64,000 nucleotides of DNA from Acidobacteriota bacterium (GTDB taxonomy: Bacteria; Acidobacteriota; Aminicenantia; UBA2199), in contig JAKLEC010000003.1 in the NCBI GenBank assembly GCA_022711715.1, forward strand, positions 1,256 to 65,255, in the 5' to 3' direction. Both the position numbers and the translations under genes were made by a program. How positions within the stretch are numbered: position 1 is the first letter of the stretch; every line of letters begins with the position of its first letter. Below the pieces are notes generated by a model. The model saw only the letters and a list, made by a program, of their open reading frames with translations, was not told the DNA's origin and did not search any database. Shown in pieces: positions 34,106-44,462 of this stretch.

Positions 34106-34940
34106 ATCGCATCCCATACTCCACGCCGCGGCCAACAGTCTCGCCAAGAGGTATTTTTACAAATTCCTGCGCACGTTCCTCATTCCGATCGATTATACGA
34201 GGACCAAGGAAATTCCGGCCATGCTGGACTTGAGCGGTTTGCTGGAATGTCAGGAGCGGAAGCTGAAAATCCTGGATATCGGCTCGCCTCAGATATTATC
34301 TCTTTCATTGGGAAAGTACTCTGCTGCGTGGGAAATCACCTATGTAAATTCCTGGGAGCCAGAGCTGGAAGACATGCGGCAAAAAGCCTCGGCCCTTGGG
34401 CTTAGCCAGATGCAGATCATCCATGCCGATATAACCCGTTTTGACACCGTCTCCGGGTTGGGAACGTTCGACTTTATTTTTTCCTGCTCGGTATTCGAAC
34501 ATATTCACCCTGAGGATGGAGGCGATTCGCTGGCAGCAAAGATCGTCCCGCGCTTGCTGAATCCCTCTGGCGTTTTTACTTTTTCTGTCCCTTTTTATAC
34601 AGAAAAATTCAATGAATACATGCCCGGGGACGTATATGGCATGAAGGGCACACTTCTGAACAAAACGTTCTTTCAGCGCTTCTATGATGAAAAATCCCTG
34701 AAGGATCAGATCATAACGCCAACCGGTCTGCGCGTCAGCGGGAAAACGTATGTCGGTGAAAGATACTATGCGGTAAATAATATAAAAAAGAGGATGTCGC
34801 TTCTCGTTGGTCTCGGGAAACGCGCATTCATCATGGGGAGATCATTCAATGCGCTATCCACTGTGTTCATGGAAGAATCGCGCGATTACAAAAAATTGAA
34901 GAAGCCATATCTAGCCATCATTGCCATGATAAAGGATTAA
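34095..34940 (+). CDS. Class I SAM-dependent methyltransferase-like protein
   Basis: KILDIGSP...FDFIFSCSVFEHI...LNPSGVF. The gene is visibly AT-richer than its neighbours. Confidence 0.6.
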   Translation: MKTKSHPILHAAANSLAKRYFYKFLRTFLIPIDYTRTKEIPAMLDLSGLLECQERKLKILDIGSPQILSLSLGKYSAAWEITYVNSWEPELEDMRQKASALGLSQMQIIHADITRFDTVSGLGTFDFIFSCSVFEHIHPEDGGDSLAAKIVPRLLNPSGVFTFSVPFYTEKFNEYMPGDVYGMKGTLLNKTFFQRFYDEKSLKDQIITPTGLRVSGKTYVGERYYAVNNIKKRMSLLVGLGKRAFIMGRSFNALSTVFMEESRDYKKLKKPYLAIIAMIKD

Positions 34941-34952
34941 TTCTCTGACTAT

Positions 34953-36086
34953 GTGACTATGAAAAGAATAGGATTGATCACAACCTTGAACACCAATATC
35001 GGCGATGACTTCATCCGCGAAGGCATCTGTCTGTTGCTGCGAGAACAATTCAGGGGAGAAGAAATCGAGTTCATTCCGGTCAACAAACATAGACCTCTCT
35101 CGGCCTACCCGAAATGGCATCCCATTCAGCTCAGCAAAGCAGCTCACATTTTACCAAGAGGTAGAAAACGCTTAAGTCGTTTTCTAGAAACCTTCGCAGC
35201 AAAGCTAAAATCAAGCCGTTTCGATAATTGTGACCTGATCGTTCAATGTGGGACCCCTGTTTTTTCGCCTAGCTGCAGTCATACCGAGTGGGTGAAGCCC
35301 ATTTGGGAGGGAATCATCGGCCGACTCCACGAGCAGATCCCGGTTTTTAACCTGGCGGCAGGTTCATGCTATCCTTGGGAGAGACAACCCGTAAAAATTG
35401 ACTCTCCTGAAGACGAAAAGTATTTAAGGGCGATACTCAGCTATTGCCGGCTGACCACTGTCCGCGACCGACTTTCACAAAAACTGTGCAAAACGCTTGG
35501 CGCCGATTTGCCATTGATCCCCTGCAGCGCACTCTTGGTGGGCAAGGGAAGAAAAGTGCAGGGCTCTCCCTCTAGCTATATTTTATTCAACTACATGAGG
35601 GGCGGTGGACATTACACATGGGAGCAGGGAATCGATGAACAAAAATGGGAAAACTCAGTGAAAACGCTCATTGCCCGACTTTCTAAAAGACACAAGGTGG
35701 CTTTCCTGTGCCATGACGAAAAAGAGTATTCTCTGGCCAAAAGACTTGATCCCAGGCTGCCCGCCTTTTTCCCGAAGTCGCCCCGAGATTATCTTGAATG
35801 CGCTTCTGAAGCCAAGTTTGCCGTTTGCAATCGGATGCATGCATCAATCGCCATGGCTGGAATAGGCATACCTTCAATAGCTGTATGTACCGATACACGG
35901 ATGTTAATGGTGTCACAGATAGGACTTGCTACTCACTATGTCAAGGATGTGAATGCAGATGACTTGGAAGATGAGACCGAAAATGGCATCCAATCAGTCC
36001 GATCCGAGCAGGATAGGCTTCTTGTCATCCAATCAGAAACATGGGCAAGCTACACTTCAATTATCAAAGAAACACTTCATCCCTGA
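34953..36086 (+). CDS. Polysaccharide pyruvyl transferase family protein
   Basis: N-terminal IGLITTLNTNIGDDFIREG resembles the PS_pyruv_trans signature. AT-richer gene. Confidence 0.6.
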   Translation: MTMKRIGLITTLNTNIGDDFIREGICLLLREQFRGEEIEFIPVNKHRPLSAYPKWHPIQLSKAAHILPRGRKRLSRFLETFAAKLKSSRFDNCDLIVQCGTPVFSPSCSHTEWVKPIWEGIIGRLHEQIPVFNLAAGSCYPWERQPVKIDSPEDEKYLRAILSYCRLTTVRDRLSQKLCKTLGADLPLIPCSALLVGKGRKVQGSPSSYILFNYMRGGGHYTWEQGIDEQKWENSVKTLIARLSKRHKVAFLCHDEKEYSLAKRLDPRLPAFFPKSPRDYLECASEAKFAVCNRMHASIAMAGIGIPSIAVCTDTRMLMVSQIGLATHYVKDVNADDLEDETENGIQSVRSEQDRLLVIQSETWASYTSIIKETLHP

Positions 36087-37141
36087 TGAATTGCATTTCG
36101 ATTTGGCAAAGAGCAAAGAAATATTGGAACCGCTTCAGGCATCGCCTGATTCTCAAGTTGTCGTTTCGGATCAACGGCGCCTTACTTTGCCGACACCTGA
36201 AGCGGGCAGGCGTCCGCACTGATCATCGGCGAGTGATCGTCATCAGTCAGGTTGAGCATCTGGGTGATATCGTGGCCTGCGAACCGGTAGTGCGCGAGAT
36301 GCGCCGGCAATGGCCAGGAGCATTCATCGTATTTGCCCTCCGCCCTGAATACAGAGAACTGATGGATGTGCATCCAGATGTTGACTATGTATTGCCAGTA
36401 ACCTGCGTCTCAGAATGGGCCCGCTATACTGTTTCTGATATTTTCAACCAAGTCATTGACTTGAATATCGAGGATCGCAAGTGTAGGATCTGTTGCGAAT
36501 CTTGGTATAAGCGGATTGGTAACCACGGCGTCACCTTTAGTAATTATTTAAATCTGGGCAGCCTGATGGAGAGTTTCTGCCGGTCAGCCGGAATAACCCC
36601 ACCAAACGGGGGGCCGAAAATTTATCAGGATAAAAACAATGTGACGATTATCAACAATTTTCGGCTTCCCAATTCGTTCGTCGTTATCCATACTAATAGC
36701 AATATGCCCAACAAATCTCTTCCATCGAATATGTGGCAACAGATATTCTCCTACATCACCAGGCGTTGGGACTTGCCAATCGTCGAAATTGGACTCGAGA
36801 CAGGAATACTCATGTCAAATGAAACGAGAAACCGCTGTCTGTGTGGACAGTTATCAATATTACAATCTGCAGAAGTAATCCGCCGAAGTGTTCTTTTTTT
36901 AGGTGTAGACAGCGGACCTGCGCATCTGGCTAACGCGGTTGGAGCATATGGGATAATTATTCTGGGGCATTATCAACATTTTCGGCGATATATACCTTAT
37001 TCCGGAGACTACGCCCATGGGATCCGCAGCGAGCTTCTCCATCACGATGGTCCAATAGCCGAAATTCCCATCACACGAATCTTTGAGGCCATTGACCGCC
37101 GCCTGTCCGCAGTAATGATTCCCGGCTTGAAGTTATCGTGA
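36086..37141 (+). CDS. Glycosyltransferase family 9 (heptosyltransferase-like)
   Basis: ...HLGDIVACEPVVREM... and ...GVDSGPAHLANAVGAYGIIILG. ATGA overlap with the upstream gene. AT-richer gene. Confidence 0.7.
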   Translation: MNCISIWQRAKKYWNRFRHRLILKLSFRINGALLCRHLKRAGVRTDHRRVIVISQVEHLGDIVACEPVVREMRRQWPGAFIVFALRPEYRELMDVHPDVDYVLPVTCVSEWARYTVSDIFNQVIDLNIEDRKCRICCESWYKRIGNHGVTFSNYLNLGSLMESFCRSAGITPPNGGPKIYQDKNNVTIINNFRLPNSFVVIHTNSNMPNKSLPSNMWQQIFSYITRRWDLPIVEIGLETGILMSNETRNRCLCGQLSILQSAEVIRRSVLFLGVDSGPAHLANAVGAYGIIILGHYQHFRRYIPYSGDYAHGIRSELLHHDGPIAEIPITRIFEAIDRRLSAVMIPGLKLS

Positions 37142-37156
37142 CCGTTGGGAGTTCAC

Positions 37157-38146
37157 ATGAAGGAAATTAATTTTAGAGGCAGGAAAGTCTTGATCACCGG
37201 GGGCCTGGGGATGATCGGCAGCAGCATTGCCATACGGCTGCGGCAGCTGGGCGCAGACATCACGATCCTTGACGCAGAGCTGCCCATGTACGGTGCCAAT
37301 AAGTTCAACCTGGAGCCGATACGCGGCCAGGTCAAAATGGTGAAGGCGGATATCCGGGACCGCCGATCCCTGGAACAGCTGAAGTGGGATTTTGACATGA
37401 TATTCAACCTTGCCGGCCAGGTCAGTCACAATGACAGCATTGAAAACCCGTACCTGGACACCGAGATCAACTATCTTGGTCAGTTGAATGTCCTGGAGCA
37501 GGCCCGAAAAAAGAATCCCAAGGCCCGGATCTTTTTTTCCGGTTCACGGCTGCAATTCGGCAAGATCGAGGCCGTTCCCGTTGCGGAAAACCACCCTCAG
37601 CATCCCCTCACGCCCTATGCGTTGAACAAGAACGCGGCGGAGAACCTCCACCTTTTCTATCATCACATTCACGGCATTTCGGTGGTGGTCTTCCGCATTG
37701 CCAATCCGTACGGCCCCCGCGGCCAGATGAAGCATAGCAAATATTGCATCGTCAACTGGTTTGTCCGCCAGGCCATGGAAGGCAAGACGATCACGGTTTT
37801 CGGCGACGGCAAGCAGCTGCGGGACTACATCTTCATCGATGATCTCGTCGAGGCGATGCTCGCGGCCATGTCCTCCCCCCAAGCCGGCGGCGAGGTGTTC
37901 AACGTGGGCTCCGGCGTCGGAATATCGTTTCAGGACATGACCGCCCTAGTCGTACGAACGGTCGGCAGGGGAAGCATCCGCCATGTCGGCTGGCCGGCGG
38001 ATTACATCAATGTGGAAACCGGGGATTACGTGTCAAACATCCAGAAGCTTTGCCGCCTGACCAGTTGGCGGCCTCGGATCAGCATCGAAGAGGGAATCCG
38101 GCGGACCGTCGCCTATTTCCGGCGGCACGGCTGCCATTATTTCTGA
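37157..38146 (+). CDS. NAD-dependent epimerase/dehydratase (extended SDR) family protein
   Basis: VLITGGLGMIGSSI Rossmann motif and YALNK catalytic motif. Confidence 0.85.
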   Translation: MKEINFRGRKVLITGGLGMIGSSIAIRLRQLGADITILDAELPMYGANKFNLEPIRGQVKMVKADIRDRRSLEQLKWDFDMIFNLAGQVSHNDSIENPYLDTEINYLGQLNVLEQARKKNPKARIFFSGSRLQFGKIEAVPVAENHPQHPLTPYALNKNAAENLHLFYHHIHGISVVVFRIANPYGPRGQMKHSKYCIVNWFVRQAMEGKTITVFGDGKQLRDYIFIDDLVEAMLAAMSSPQAGGEVFNVGSGVGISFQDMTALVVRTVGRGSIRHVGWPADYINVETGDYVSNIQKLCRLTSWRPRISIEEGIRRTVAYFRRHGCHYF

Positions 38147-38188
38147 TGCCCGCCTTCCCGAGGCCGCGAGCGGCCCGCGCCGCCTCCC

Positions 38189-39160
38189 ATGCCTAAGGTT
38201 TCCATCATCGTGCCGAATTACAACCACGGCCGTTATTTGCCTCGGCGTTTGGACAGCATCTTCGGCCAGACATTCCAAGATTTCGAGGTCACCGTCGTCG
38301 ACGACGCCTCGCGCGACGACAGCATCGATGTCCTGCGGCGATACGAGCACGATCCCCGGCTGCGCCTGATCCTAAACTCGATCAACAGCGGCAGCCCCTT
38401 TAAGAGCTGGAATGCCGGTGCCCGGGCTTCGGTCGGCGAATTCCTCTGGATCGCAGAATCGGACGACTACGCCGACCCCCGCTTCCTCGAGCATCTCGTC
38501 CCCCGCCTGGAGCGTTCTCCTTCGATCGGCATGGTTTACTGCCGCTCGTACATGGTCGGCGAACACGACGAGGTCCTGGGAACGGACGATGCTCTTAAGG
38601 AAAGGCTTTTCGGCGCACATTGGTCGAGCGATTACCAGGCGCGCGGCCGCGATGAGATCGCCGACTACCTGGTTTTCCGCAACACCATTCCCAACGCCAG
38701 CGCCGTCCTGCTGCGCCGGGAGCGTTTCGAAGGGATTGGCTTCGCTCCCGAGGAGATGACCCTGGCCGGCGACTGGCTCACCTGGGTGAGGATCCTGCTC
38801 GACTCGGACATCGCTTACAGCGCGCAGCCGCTCAATTATTTCCGCCGCCACCCGGACACCGTCCGCCAGCGGCTTACCGGCAGGGTTGAGGAGATCGAGG
38901 AGAGCTGCCGCATCATCCACCTCGTTCTATCCGCGATGAATCTGGAGCGGAGCAAGATCGAGGAGATCCAGGATTTTCTGGTTGAAAAATGGTGGGCCAC
39001 GCTGCGCAATCATCCGCGCGAGCTCCTGAGCCGAAAAAACATCTCGGTCTACCGCCTGGCCTCACGGCAAGACCCGCGTCTTCGCTCCAGGATCGCGAAG
39101 AAGATCCTGGCCAAATTCTTGCATCCCTCACGCCGCCGTAGCAGCAAGCAGTCCCCATGA
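38189..39160 (+). CDS. Glycosyltransferase family 2
   Basis: VSIIVPNYNHGRYL...VTVVDDASRDDS (GT-A DxD region). Confidence 0.85.
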   Translation: MPKVSIIVPNYNHGRYLPRRLDSIFGQTFQDFEVTVVDDASRDDSIDVLRRYEHDPRLRLILNSINSGSPFKSWNAGARASVGEFLWIAESDDYADPRFLEHLVPRLERSPSIGMVYCRSYMVGEHDEVLGTDDALKERLFGAHWSSDYQARGRDEIADYLVFRNTIPNASAVLLRRERFEGIGFAPEEMTLAGDWLTWVRILLDSDIAYSAQPLNYFRRHPDTVRQRLTGRVEEIEESCRIIHLVLSAMNLERSKIEEIQDFLVEKWWATLRNHPRELLSRKNISVYRLASRQDPRLRSRIAKKILAKFLHPSRRRSSKQSP

Positions 39161-40302
39161 AGAAGAAGGGGAAGCCGGTCCGGATCGTGCTATTCCTGCG
39201 CTCCCTGGAGATCGGCGGCGCCCAGACCCACGCCGCAATGCTGGCGGAGTATCTCGACCGCGCCGGGCCTTACGCGGTGCAGGTATGGACCTTCTCCGCG
39301 CGCGGCCTGATCGCCGAGGCGTTGCGCGCAAAGGGCATCACCATCGTCGATGTCCCCGAAATTCCGAACGACATCGTCGGCAAGGTCGTCGCCCTCACAC
39401 GTTTGATTCAGCGGCTGCGAAAGGCGAAGCCGGCGATCCTTCTTCCGTTTTGCGACTACCCCAATAAGCTGCTGGGCGCCATATGGGAATTCACTGGTGC
39501 CGAAGCCTGCGTCTGGAACCAGCTGGACGAAGGGCGCGAGGTGACCGGAAAATTCCTGGAAAAACGCTCGCTGAATCGGACATCGGCGTTCGTCGCCAAC
39601 GCGGTGGAAGGGAAGTCTTTCCTGATGCGGCGGTTCAAGGTCCCTGCCGAAAAGATCCGCATCATCCACAACGGCGTCCGCCTGGAGAAACCCGAGCTGG
39701 ATCGGGGCGGCTGGCGCAGGAAGCTGAGAATCCCGGAACAAGCTTCCCTGGCGGTGATGGTAGCCAACTTCACACCGTTCAAGGACCAGCCGACGCTGCT
39801 GAAAGCCTGGCGCATCGTCCAGGAGCGCCGCTGGCCGCGGCAGCGGCCGATCCTGCTGCTCGTCGGCAATGTGCGCCAAACCGAGGGCGAGCTGCGCGCG
39901 CTGGCCGGGCGGCTGGGGCTGGCGAAAACGGTGATCTTCACGGGGCAGGTCAAAGACCTGAGTGGCCTCCTGCTTGCCAGCGACCTAGGCGTTTTTAGCT
40001 CCAAGCGCGAGGGAATGCCGTATGCCGTACTCAGCTGCATGCTAGCCCGGCTCCCGGTAGTCGCCAGCGACATCACCGGCATCCGCGAGGCGCTGGGGCC
40101 AGAGTATCCCTACCTGGTCCCTCCCGATGATCCGGCGCAATTCGCTGAAAAGATAATGGAATGGATCGATCATCCCGACGCCGGGAAGAAGTGGATTGAG
40201 GCCAATCATGAGCGCGCGTCCAGCCTCTTCTCCCCGGAGATCATGGGGAAGAATTATGAAGAACTATTCTCCGAGCTTCTGGGAAAGCGCCCCCTCGCCT
40301 GA
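39157..40302 (+). CDS. Glycosyltransferase family 4 (GT-B)
   Basis: C-terminal ...SKREGMPYAVLSCMLARLPVVASDITGIRE... EX7E-type motif. Confidence 0.85.
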   Translation: MKKKGKPVRIVLFLRSLEIGGAQTHAAMLAEYLDRAGPYAVQVWTFSARGLIAEALRAKGITIVDVPEIPNDIVGKVVALTRLIQRLRKAKPAILLPFCDYPNKLLGAIWEFTGAEACVWNQLDEGREVTGKFLEKRSLNRTSAFVANAVEGKSFLMRRFKVPAEKIRIIHNGVRLEKPELDRGGWRRKLRIPEQASLAVMVANFTPFKDQPTLLKAWRIVQERRWPRQRPILLLVGNVRQTEGELRALAGRLGLAKTVIFTGQVKDLSGLLLASDLGVFSSKREGMPYAVLSCMLARLPVVASDITGIREALGPEYPYLVPPDDPAQFAEKIMEWIDHPDAGKKWIEANHERASSLFSPEIMGKNYEELFSELLGKRPLA

Positions 40303-40395
40303 GGCGCTCGAGCGACAAGCGCATCTTGGCCGCGCTGGCAGGAGCGCGATTCTTGGAAATTTGCCTACGGCGAATAAATTATCGACGGACGAACC

Positions 40396-41211
40396 ATGAA
40401 CGCAAGAAAACTCGTTTCCAGGATCCGTCATTCCGGACTTGTTACCCGCTGGATCGATTATGAAGCGCGGAAAAAATCCCAAGTGGTGAAGAGATTTCGC
40501 TGCCCCTTCGGCCTGCCCACCATTGATATACTGGAATTGCTGCCTGGCTTGGAGGAAACGATTTCCCCCTATAGCTTCCTTGATGGAGCCGCCTCTCCCA
40601 TCGACATGGCCATCCTGAAAGGGCTGGCCCGCGGCATCCCCGATTGCCATTACCTGGAAATCGGCAGTTTGCGCGGCGAAAGCGTGGCCAACGTGGCGAC
40701 CGTGGCCAGCCGCTGCGTCGCGCTCTCCCTACCGCCGGGGCGGATGAAGGAGCTCGGCTACAGTGACGACCTGATCCGCTCGCACCATTTTTATTCCCGC
40801 ACAATCGCGAACGTGACCCATGTCGAGCACGACTCGCAGACGTTCGACTTCTCCACGCTGGGCATGAAATTCGACCTGGTATTCATTGATGGAGACCATT
40901 ATGACGCCAGCGTCAGGCGGGACACGATCAACGCTTTCCAGGTCCTGCGCGGCAGGAATTCCCTGATTGTCTGGCACGACTACGCCTTCACGCCGGGCCA
41001 GGTCCGCTGGTCGGTCCTGAGCGGGATACTCGAGGGAATGCCGGAAGACAAAAGAAGGCATCTCTTTCATATCTCCAACTCCCAGTGCGCGATTTATTCC
41101 TATCAGCATTTCGCTTCGTCTTCCCCGGTTCAGCCGGAAATGCCCGACAAGTCTTTTGCCGTTTCCATCCGCCTGGCCAGCCTTGCGTCCAGCCATGAAC
41201 GAACCACCTAA
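40396..41211 (+). CDS. Class I methyltransferase-like protein (FkbM/CmcI/Methyltransf_24-like)
   Basis: ...YLEIGSLRGES...FDLVFIDGDHYDASVRRD... Confidence 0.55.
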   Translation: MNARKLVSRIRHSGLVTRWIDYEARKKSQVVKRFRCPFGLPTIDILELLPGLEETISPYSFLDGAASPIDMAILKGLARGIPDCHYLEIGSLRGESVANVATVASRCVALSLPPGRMKELGYSDDLIRSHHFYSRTIANVTHVEHDSQTFDFSTLGMKFDLVFIDGDHYDASVRRDTINAFQVLRGRNSLIVWHDYAFTPGQVRWSVLSGILEGMPEDKRRHLFHISNSQCAIYSYQHFASSSPVQPEMPDKSFAVSIRLASLASSHERTT

Positions 41212-42388
41212 AATCCGGGTTCTCTTCTGGCCGGGCTGGTGGTACCCCGACCGCTTCAACTCGATGAACGGCATCTTTATCCGCCGCCACGCCGAGGCAG
41301 TGGCGCCGCTGGTCGACCTGGCCGTGCTGTACGTCACCCCGGACCCGGGCCTAAATAATAAAGCAATTGAGGTCGTAACAGACTGGGCGGACGGCTGGCC
41401 GACAATCCGCGTGTATTATCGCCTTATCCCTCCGCCATTCCGCTCAAGCAAAGTTCTGAATGCCTGGCGTTATTTCCGGGCCGCCCGCCAGGGCATATGG
41501 AAGCTGCGAACGATCTGGGGAGATCCTGTGCTTGTTCACTTGCACGTCAACCCTCCCTGGGGCCAGATCGCCGCTCTGAAGACTTGTTTTCCTCGCCTCC
41601 CCTTTCTCTTAACCGAACACTGGACGGGCTATCAAAATGAAGGCGGCTACCGTGGCTTCTTTCGCAAGCTCCTTACCTCGTGGGTGGTGCGGCACGCATT
41701 CGCCGTTGCCCCTGTCTCTCATGACCTTCAAGCGAAGATGGAAGGGCATGGGTTAAAAGGCAATTTCGCCGTCATCCCCAATGCTGTCCGCACCAACCTC
41801 TTCTATCCGGCTGCAGCGGCAACATCAGGAACGAATTTCACCTTTCTCCATGTATCCACCTTGATCCCAAGAAAGAATGTTGCCGGCATATTGCGCGCTA
41901 CGGCAGTCCGGTGGCGTGAGCGCCGAGATTTCAGGCTGGTCATTGTCGGCGACGGAAAGGACAGGCCGTCATTGGAAAGGTTGGCCAAAGAACTGTCCCT
42001 GGACAACGGATGCATCCTTTTTTTGGGTCAAAAGGAGGAAACCGAACTGGCAGCGATCATGCGCCAGGCCAGCTGCTTTGTGCTATTCAGTGACAACGAG
42101 AACCTGCCTTGCGTCATCTCCGAAGCGCAGGCCAGCGGTTTACCGGTTATCGCCTCCAGGGTAGGGGGGATTCCGGAGCAGGTCAATGAGGGGAAGGGAA
42201 TACTGGTGGAGCCGGGCGACGAAGCCGGGTTGGCGAAGGCGATGGACAACATGATCGGCGGGAAGCTGCAGCCAGACCGGGAGAAAATCCGCCGCTTCGC
42301 TGTAGACAATTACAGTTTTCCAGCCGTCGGGACGAGCATCGTTCGCCTTTATCAGCAAGCCCTGGAGCAACGTCGGGGCCGCATATGA
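41195..42388 (+). CDS. Glycosyltransferase family 4 (GT-B)
   Basis: ...VLFSDNENLPCVISEAQASGLPVIASRVGGIPE... Start set at MNEPPKIRVLF. Confidence 0.8.
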   Translation: MNEPPKIRVLFWPGWWYPDRFNSMNGIFIRRHAEAVAPLVDLAVLYVTPDPGLNNKAIEVVTDWADGWPTIRVYYRLIPPPFRSSKVLNAWRYFRAARQGIWKLRTIWGDPVLVHLHVNPPWGQIAALKTCFPRLPFLLTEHWTGYQNEGGYRGFFRKLLTSWVVRHAFAVAPVSHDLQAKMEGHGLKGNFAVIPNAVRTNLFYPAAAATSGTNFTFLHVSTLIPRKNVAGILRATAVRWRERRDFRLVIVGDGKDRPSLERLAKELSLDNGCILFLGQKEETELAAIMRQASCFVLFSDNENLPCVISEAQASGLPVIASRVGGIPEQVNEGKGILVEPGDEAGLAKAMDNMIGGKLQPDREKIRRFAVDNYSFPAVGTSIVRLYQQALEQRRGRI

Positions 42389-43638
42389 ACATACTCCTCA
42401 TCGCCTATTATTATCCGCCGCTGGAGGGCGCGGGGGTGACCCGGGCACTCCAGATGGTCAAATACCTGCGCGCCGCCGGGCATAAGGTTTCCGTGCTGAC
42501 TCATTCCTATGCCGGTGACCGGATCGGCGGCGAAGGGCTGTTCCGCATCCATGATGCCGGCTTCAACCGACGGCGCACAGGGTTCCGGGGTTTCGTCTGG
42601 CTTGGCCGCCGCTTGTGGTGCGAAGCGTCGAACCGGATCGGCATTTACGCCAGCATCTACGACGCCTGGAAAAGACGGGTGCTGGCTCATGGCGACGAAA
42701 TCCTGAACATCATCCGTCCCGATGCGCTGCTGGCCACTTATCCGCCGGTGGAGTCACTGGAGATCGCCCTGCGCCTGGGCCATGATCGCGGCATCCCCCT
42801 CATCGCCGATTTCCGCGACGGACTGCTTTTCGAACCCATTGAGAGCAAGAAGATGAGCCGGTTCGCCTGCGTTGGCCGGGCATATGCAAAGATTGAAGCG
42901 GAGATCGCGGCTCGGGCTTCCGTGCTGGTCACGGTGTCGGATCCTCTTAGCCGCTACTTTCGCGACCAGTACGGCCATGAACGGGTGATCACCGTGGCCA
43001 ACGGATTCGACCCCGAAGAAAACGCCATGACGCTTCCGGAAGTGACGCTGGAACCCGGATGCTTCCACGTCGTGCATACCGGCCGCTTTGCCCTTTCCGA
43101 TGCCGGCTGCGACATCGCCCCGCTGGTCGAAGCGCTGCAGGGGCTTCTTGCCGCCCGGTCCGAACTGGCCGTCAAGCTGCGCTTGCACCTGCTGGGAGAC
43201 CTGGCGCGCCGCGAAAGAAAACTGCTGGCTCCTTTAGAAGAATGCGGGCTGGTCCGGGTCCACGGCGCGGTCGACCGGGCGCAAGCCCTGGCCTTCCAGC
43301 GCCGCGCCGACCTGCTGCTTCTGGTCACGGACCCGAACCGCCGCAGCGTCGCCTCGACCAAGATCTTCGAATACCTGCAGGCGCGCCGGCCGATACTGGC
43401 CCTGACCGGACCTACGTTCGCGGCTGAGATCGTCGCGAAAACCCGCAGCGGCTGGGTGGTTTCGCCGCTGGCCGCAAAAGAAATCCGGGATATCCTGGAG
43501 CGCCTGATCGACGATCCGAACCTGGATCAAAAAGTGGACCTCTCCCCCGCGGCCATCGCCGCCTACTCGTTCCCGACCTCCCTAACCCGATTGAGCGAAT
43601 CATTGGGGGCAATGGAGCGCCCAGGGCCGCTGCCATAG
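42385..43638 (+). CDS. Glycosyltransferase family 4-like (GT-B)
   Basis: MNILLIAYYYPPLEGAGVTRAL... GT-B N-terminal pattern and ...STKIFEYLQARRPILAL... Confidence 0.7.
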   Translation: MNILLIAYYYPPLEGAGVTRALQMVKYLRAAGHKVSVLTHSYAGDRIGGEGLFRIHDAGFNRRRTGFRGFVWLGRRLWCEASNRIGIYASIYDAWKRRVLAHGDEILNIIRPDALLATYPPVESLEIALRLGHDRGIPLIADFRDGLLFEPIESKKMSRFACVGRAYAKIEAEIAARASVLVTVSDPLSRYFRDQYGHERVITVANGFDPEENAMTLPEVTLEPGCFHVVHTGRFALSDAGCDIAPLVEALQGLLAARSELAVKLRLHLLGDLARRERKLLAPLEECGLVRVHGAVDRAQALAFQRRADLLLLVTDPNRRSVASTKIFEYLQARRPILALTGPTFAAEIVAKTRSGWVVSPLAAKEIRDILERLIDDPNLDQKVDLSPAAIAAYSFPTSLTRLSESLGAMERPGPLP

Positions 43639-43733
43639 CCGGACTCGAGGAATTCCCCGGGCCGGGTTTGATTTTTGATAATTTTCCTTTACAATGACCG
43701 GGTGGCAACTGCATTCAGCCTGAAGGACCGCGA

Positions 43734-44462
43734 ATGAGCGATATCCGTTCAAATTCCGACATCGAGCCCTGCCTGTCGGTGGTGATGCCCGCCTACAACG
43801 AAGCCGCCACCATCGAGAAGGCCGCCGCTGCCGTGCTGGCCCAGCGCCCGGTCCAGGAGCTGATCATCGTGGATGACGGCTCGCAGGACGGTACGCGCGA
43901 CATCCTGGTCCGAATGGCCGCGGCGGCGCCGCGCATCCAGCTGATCATCCAGGAGCGCAACCAGGGGAAGGGGGCCGCGCTGCGCAAGGGCTTCGCGCAG
44001 GCATCGGCTCCCTACGTCATCGTCCAGGACGCCGACCTGGAATATGACCCGGCTGAATATCATTTGCTCCTGGCGCCGCTGCTTGCGGACCGCGCCGACG
44101 TTGTCTTCGGTTCGCGCTTCAAGGGCGCCACGGCCCAGCGCGTGCTGTATTATTGGCACTCCATCGGCAACAAGTTCCTGACCTCCCTCTCGAACATGGC
44201 CACCAACCTCAACCTGACCGACATGGAGACATGCTACAAGGTCTTCCGCCGCGGGCTGATCCAGAAGATCCGCCTGGAGGAAGACCGCTTCGGCTTCGAG
44301 CCCGAGGTCACGGCCAAGGTTGCCCAGCTCGGCGTACGCATCTACGAGGTGGCCATCTCCTACTACGGCCGCACCTATGCCGAGGGCAAGAAGATCAACT
44401 GGCAGGACGGCATGCACGCCATCTGGTGCATCTTCCGCTATAACCTGATCCGCCGGCCATGA
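43734..44462 (+). CDS. Polyprenol-phosphate glycosyltransferase (GT2, DPM1/ArnC-like)
   Basis: LSVVMPAYNEAATI...IIVDDGSQDGT...VIVQDADLEYDP... with a short soluble architecture. Confidence 0.8.
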   Translation: MSDIRSNSDIEPCLSVVMPAYNEAATIEKAAAAVLAQRPVQELIIVDDGSQDGTRDILVRMAAAAPRIQLIIQERNQGKGAALRKGFAQASAPYVIVQDADLEYDPAEYHLLLAPLLADRADVVFGSRFKGATAQRVLYYWHSIGNKFLTSLSNMATNLNLTDMETCYKVFRRGLIQKIRLEEDRFGFEPEVTAKVAQLGVRIYEVAISYYGRTYAEGKKINWQDGMHAIWCIFRYNLIRRP

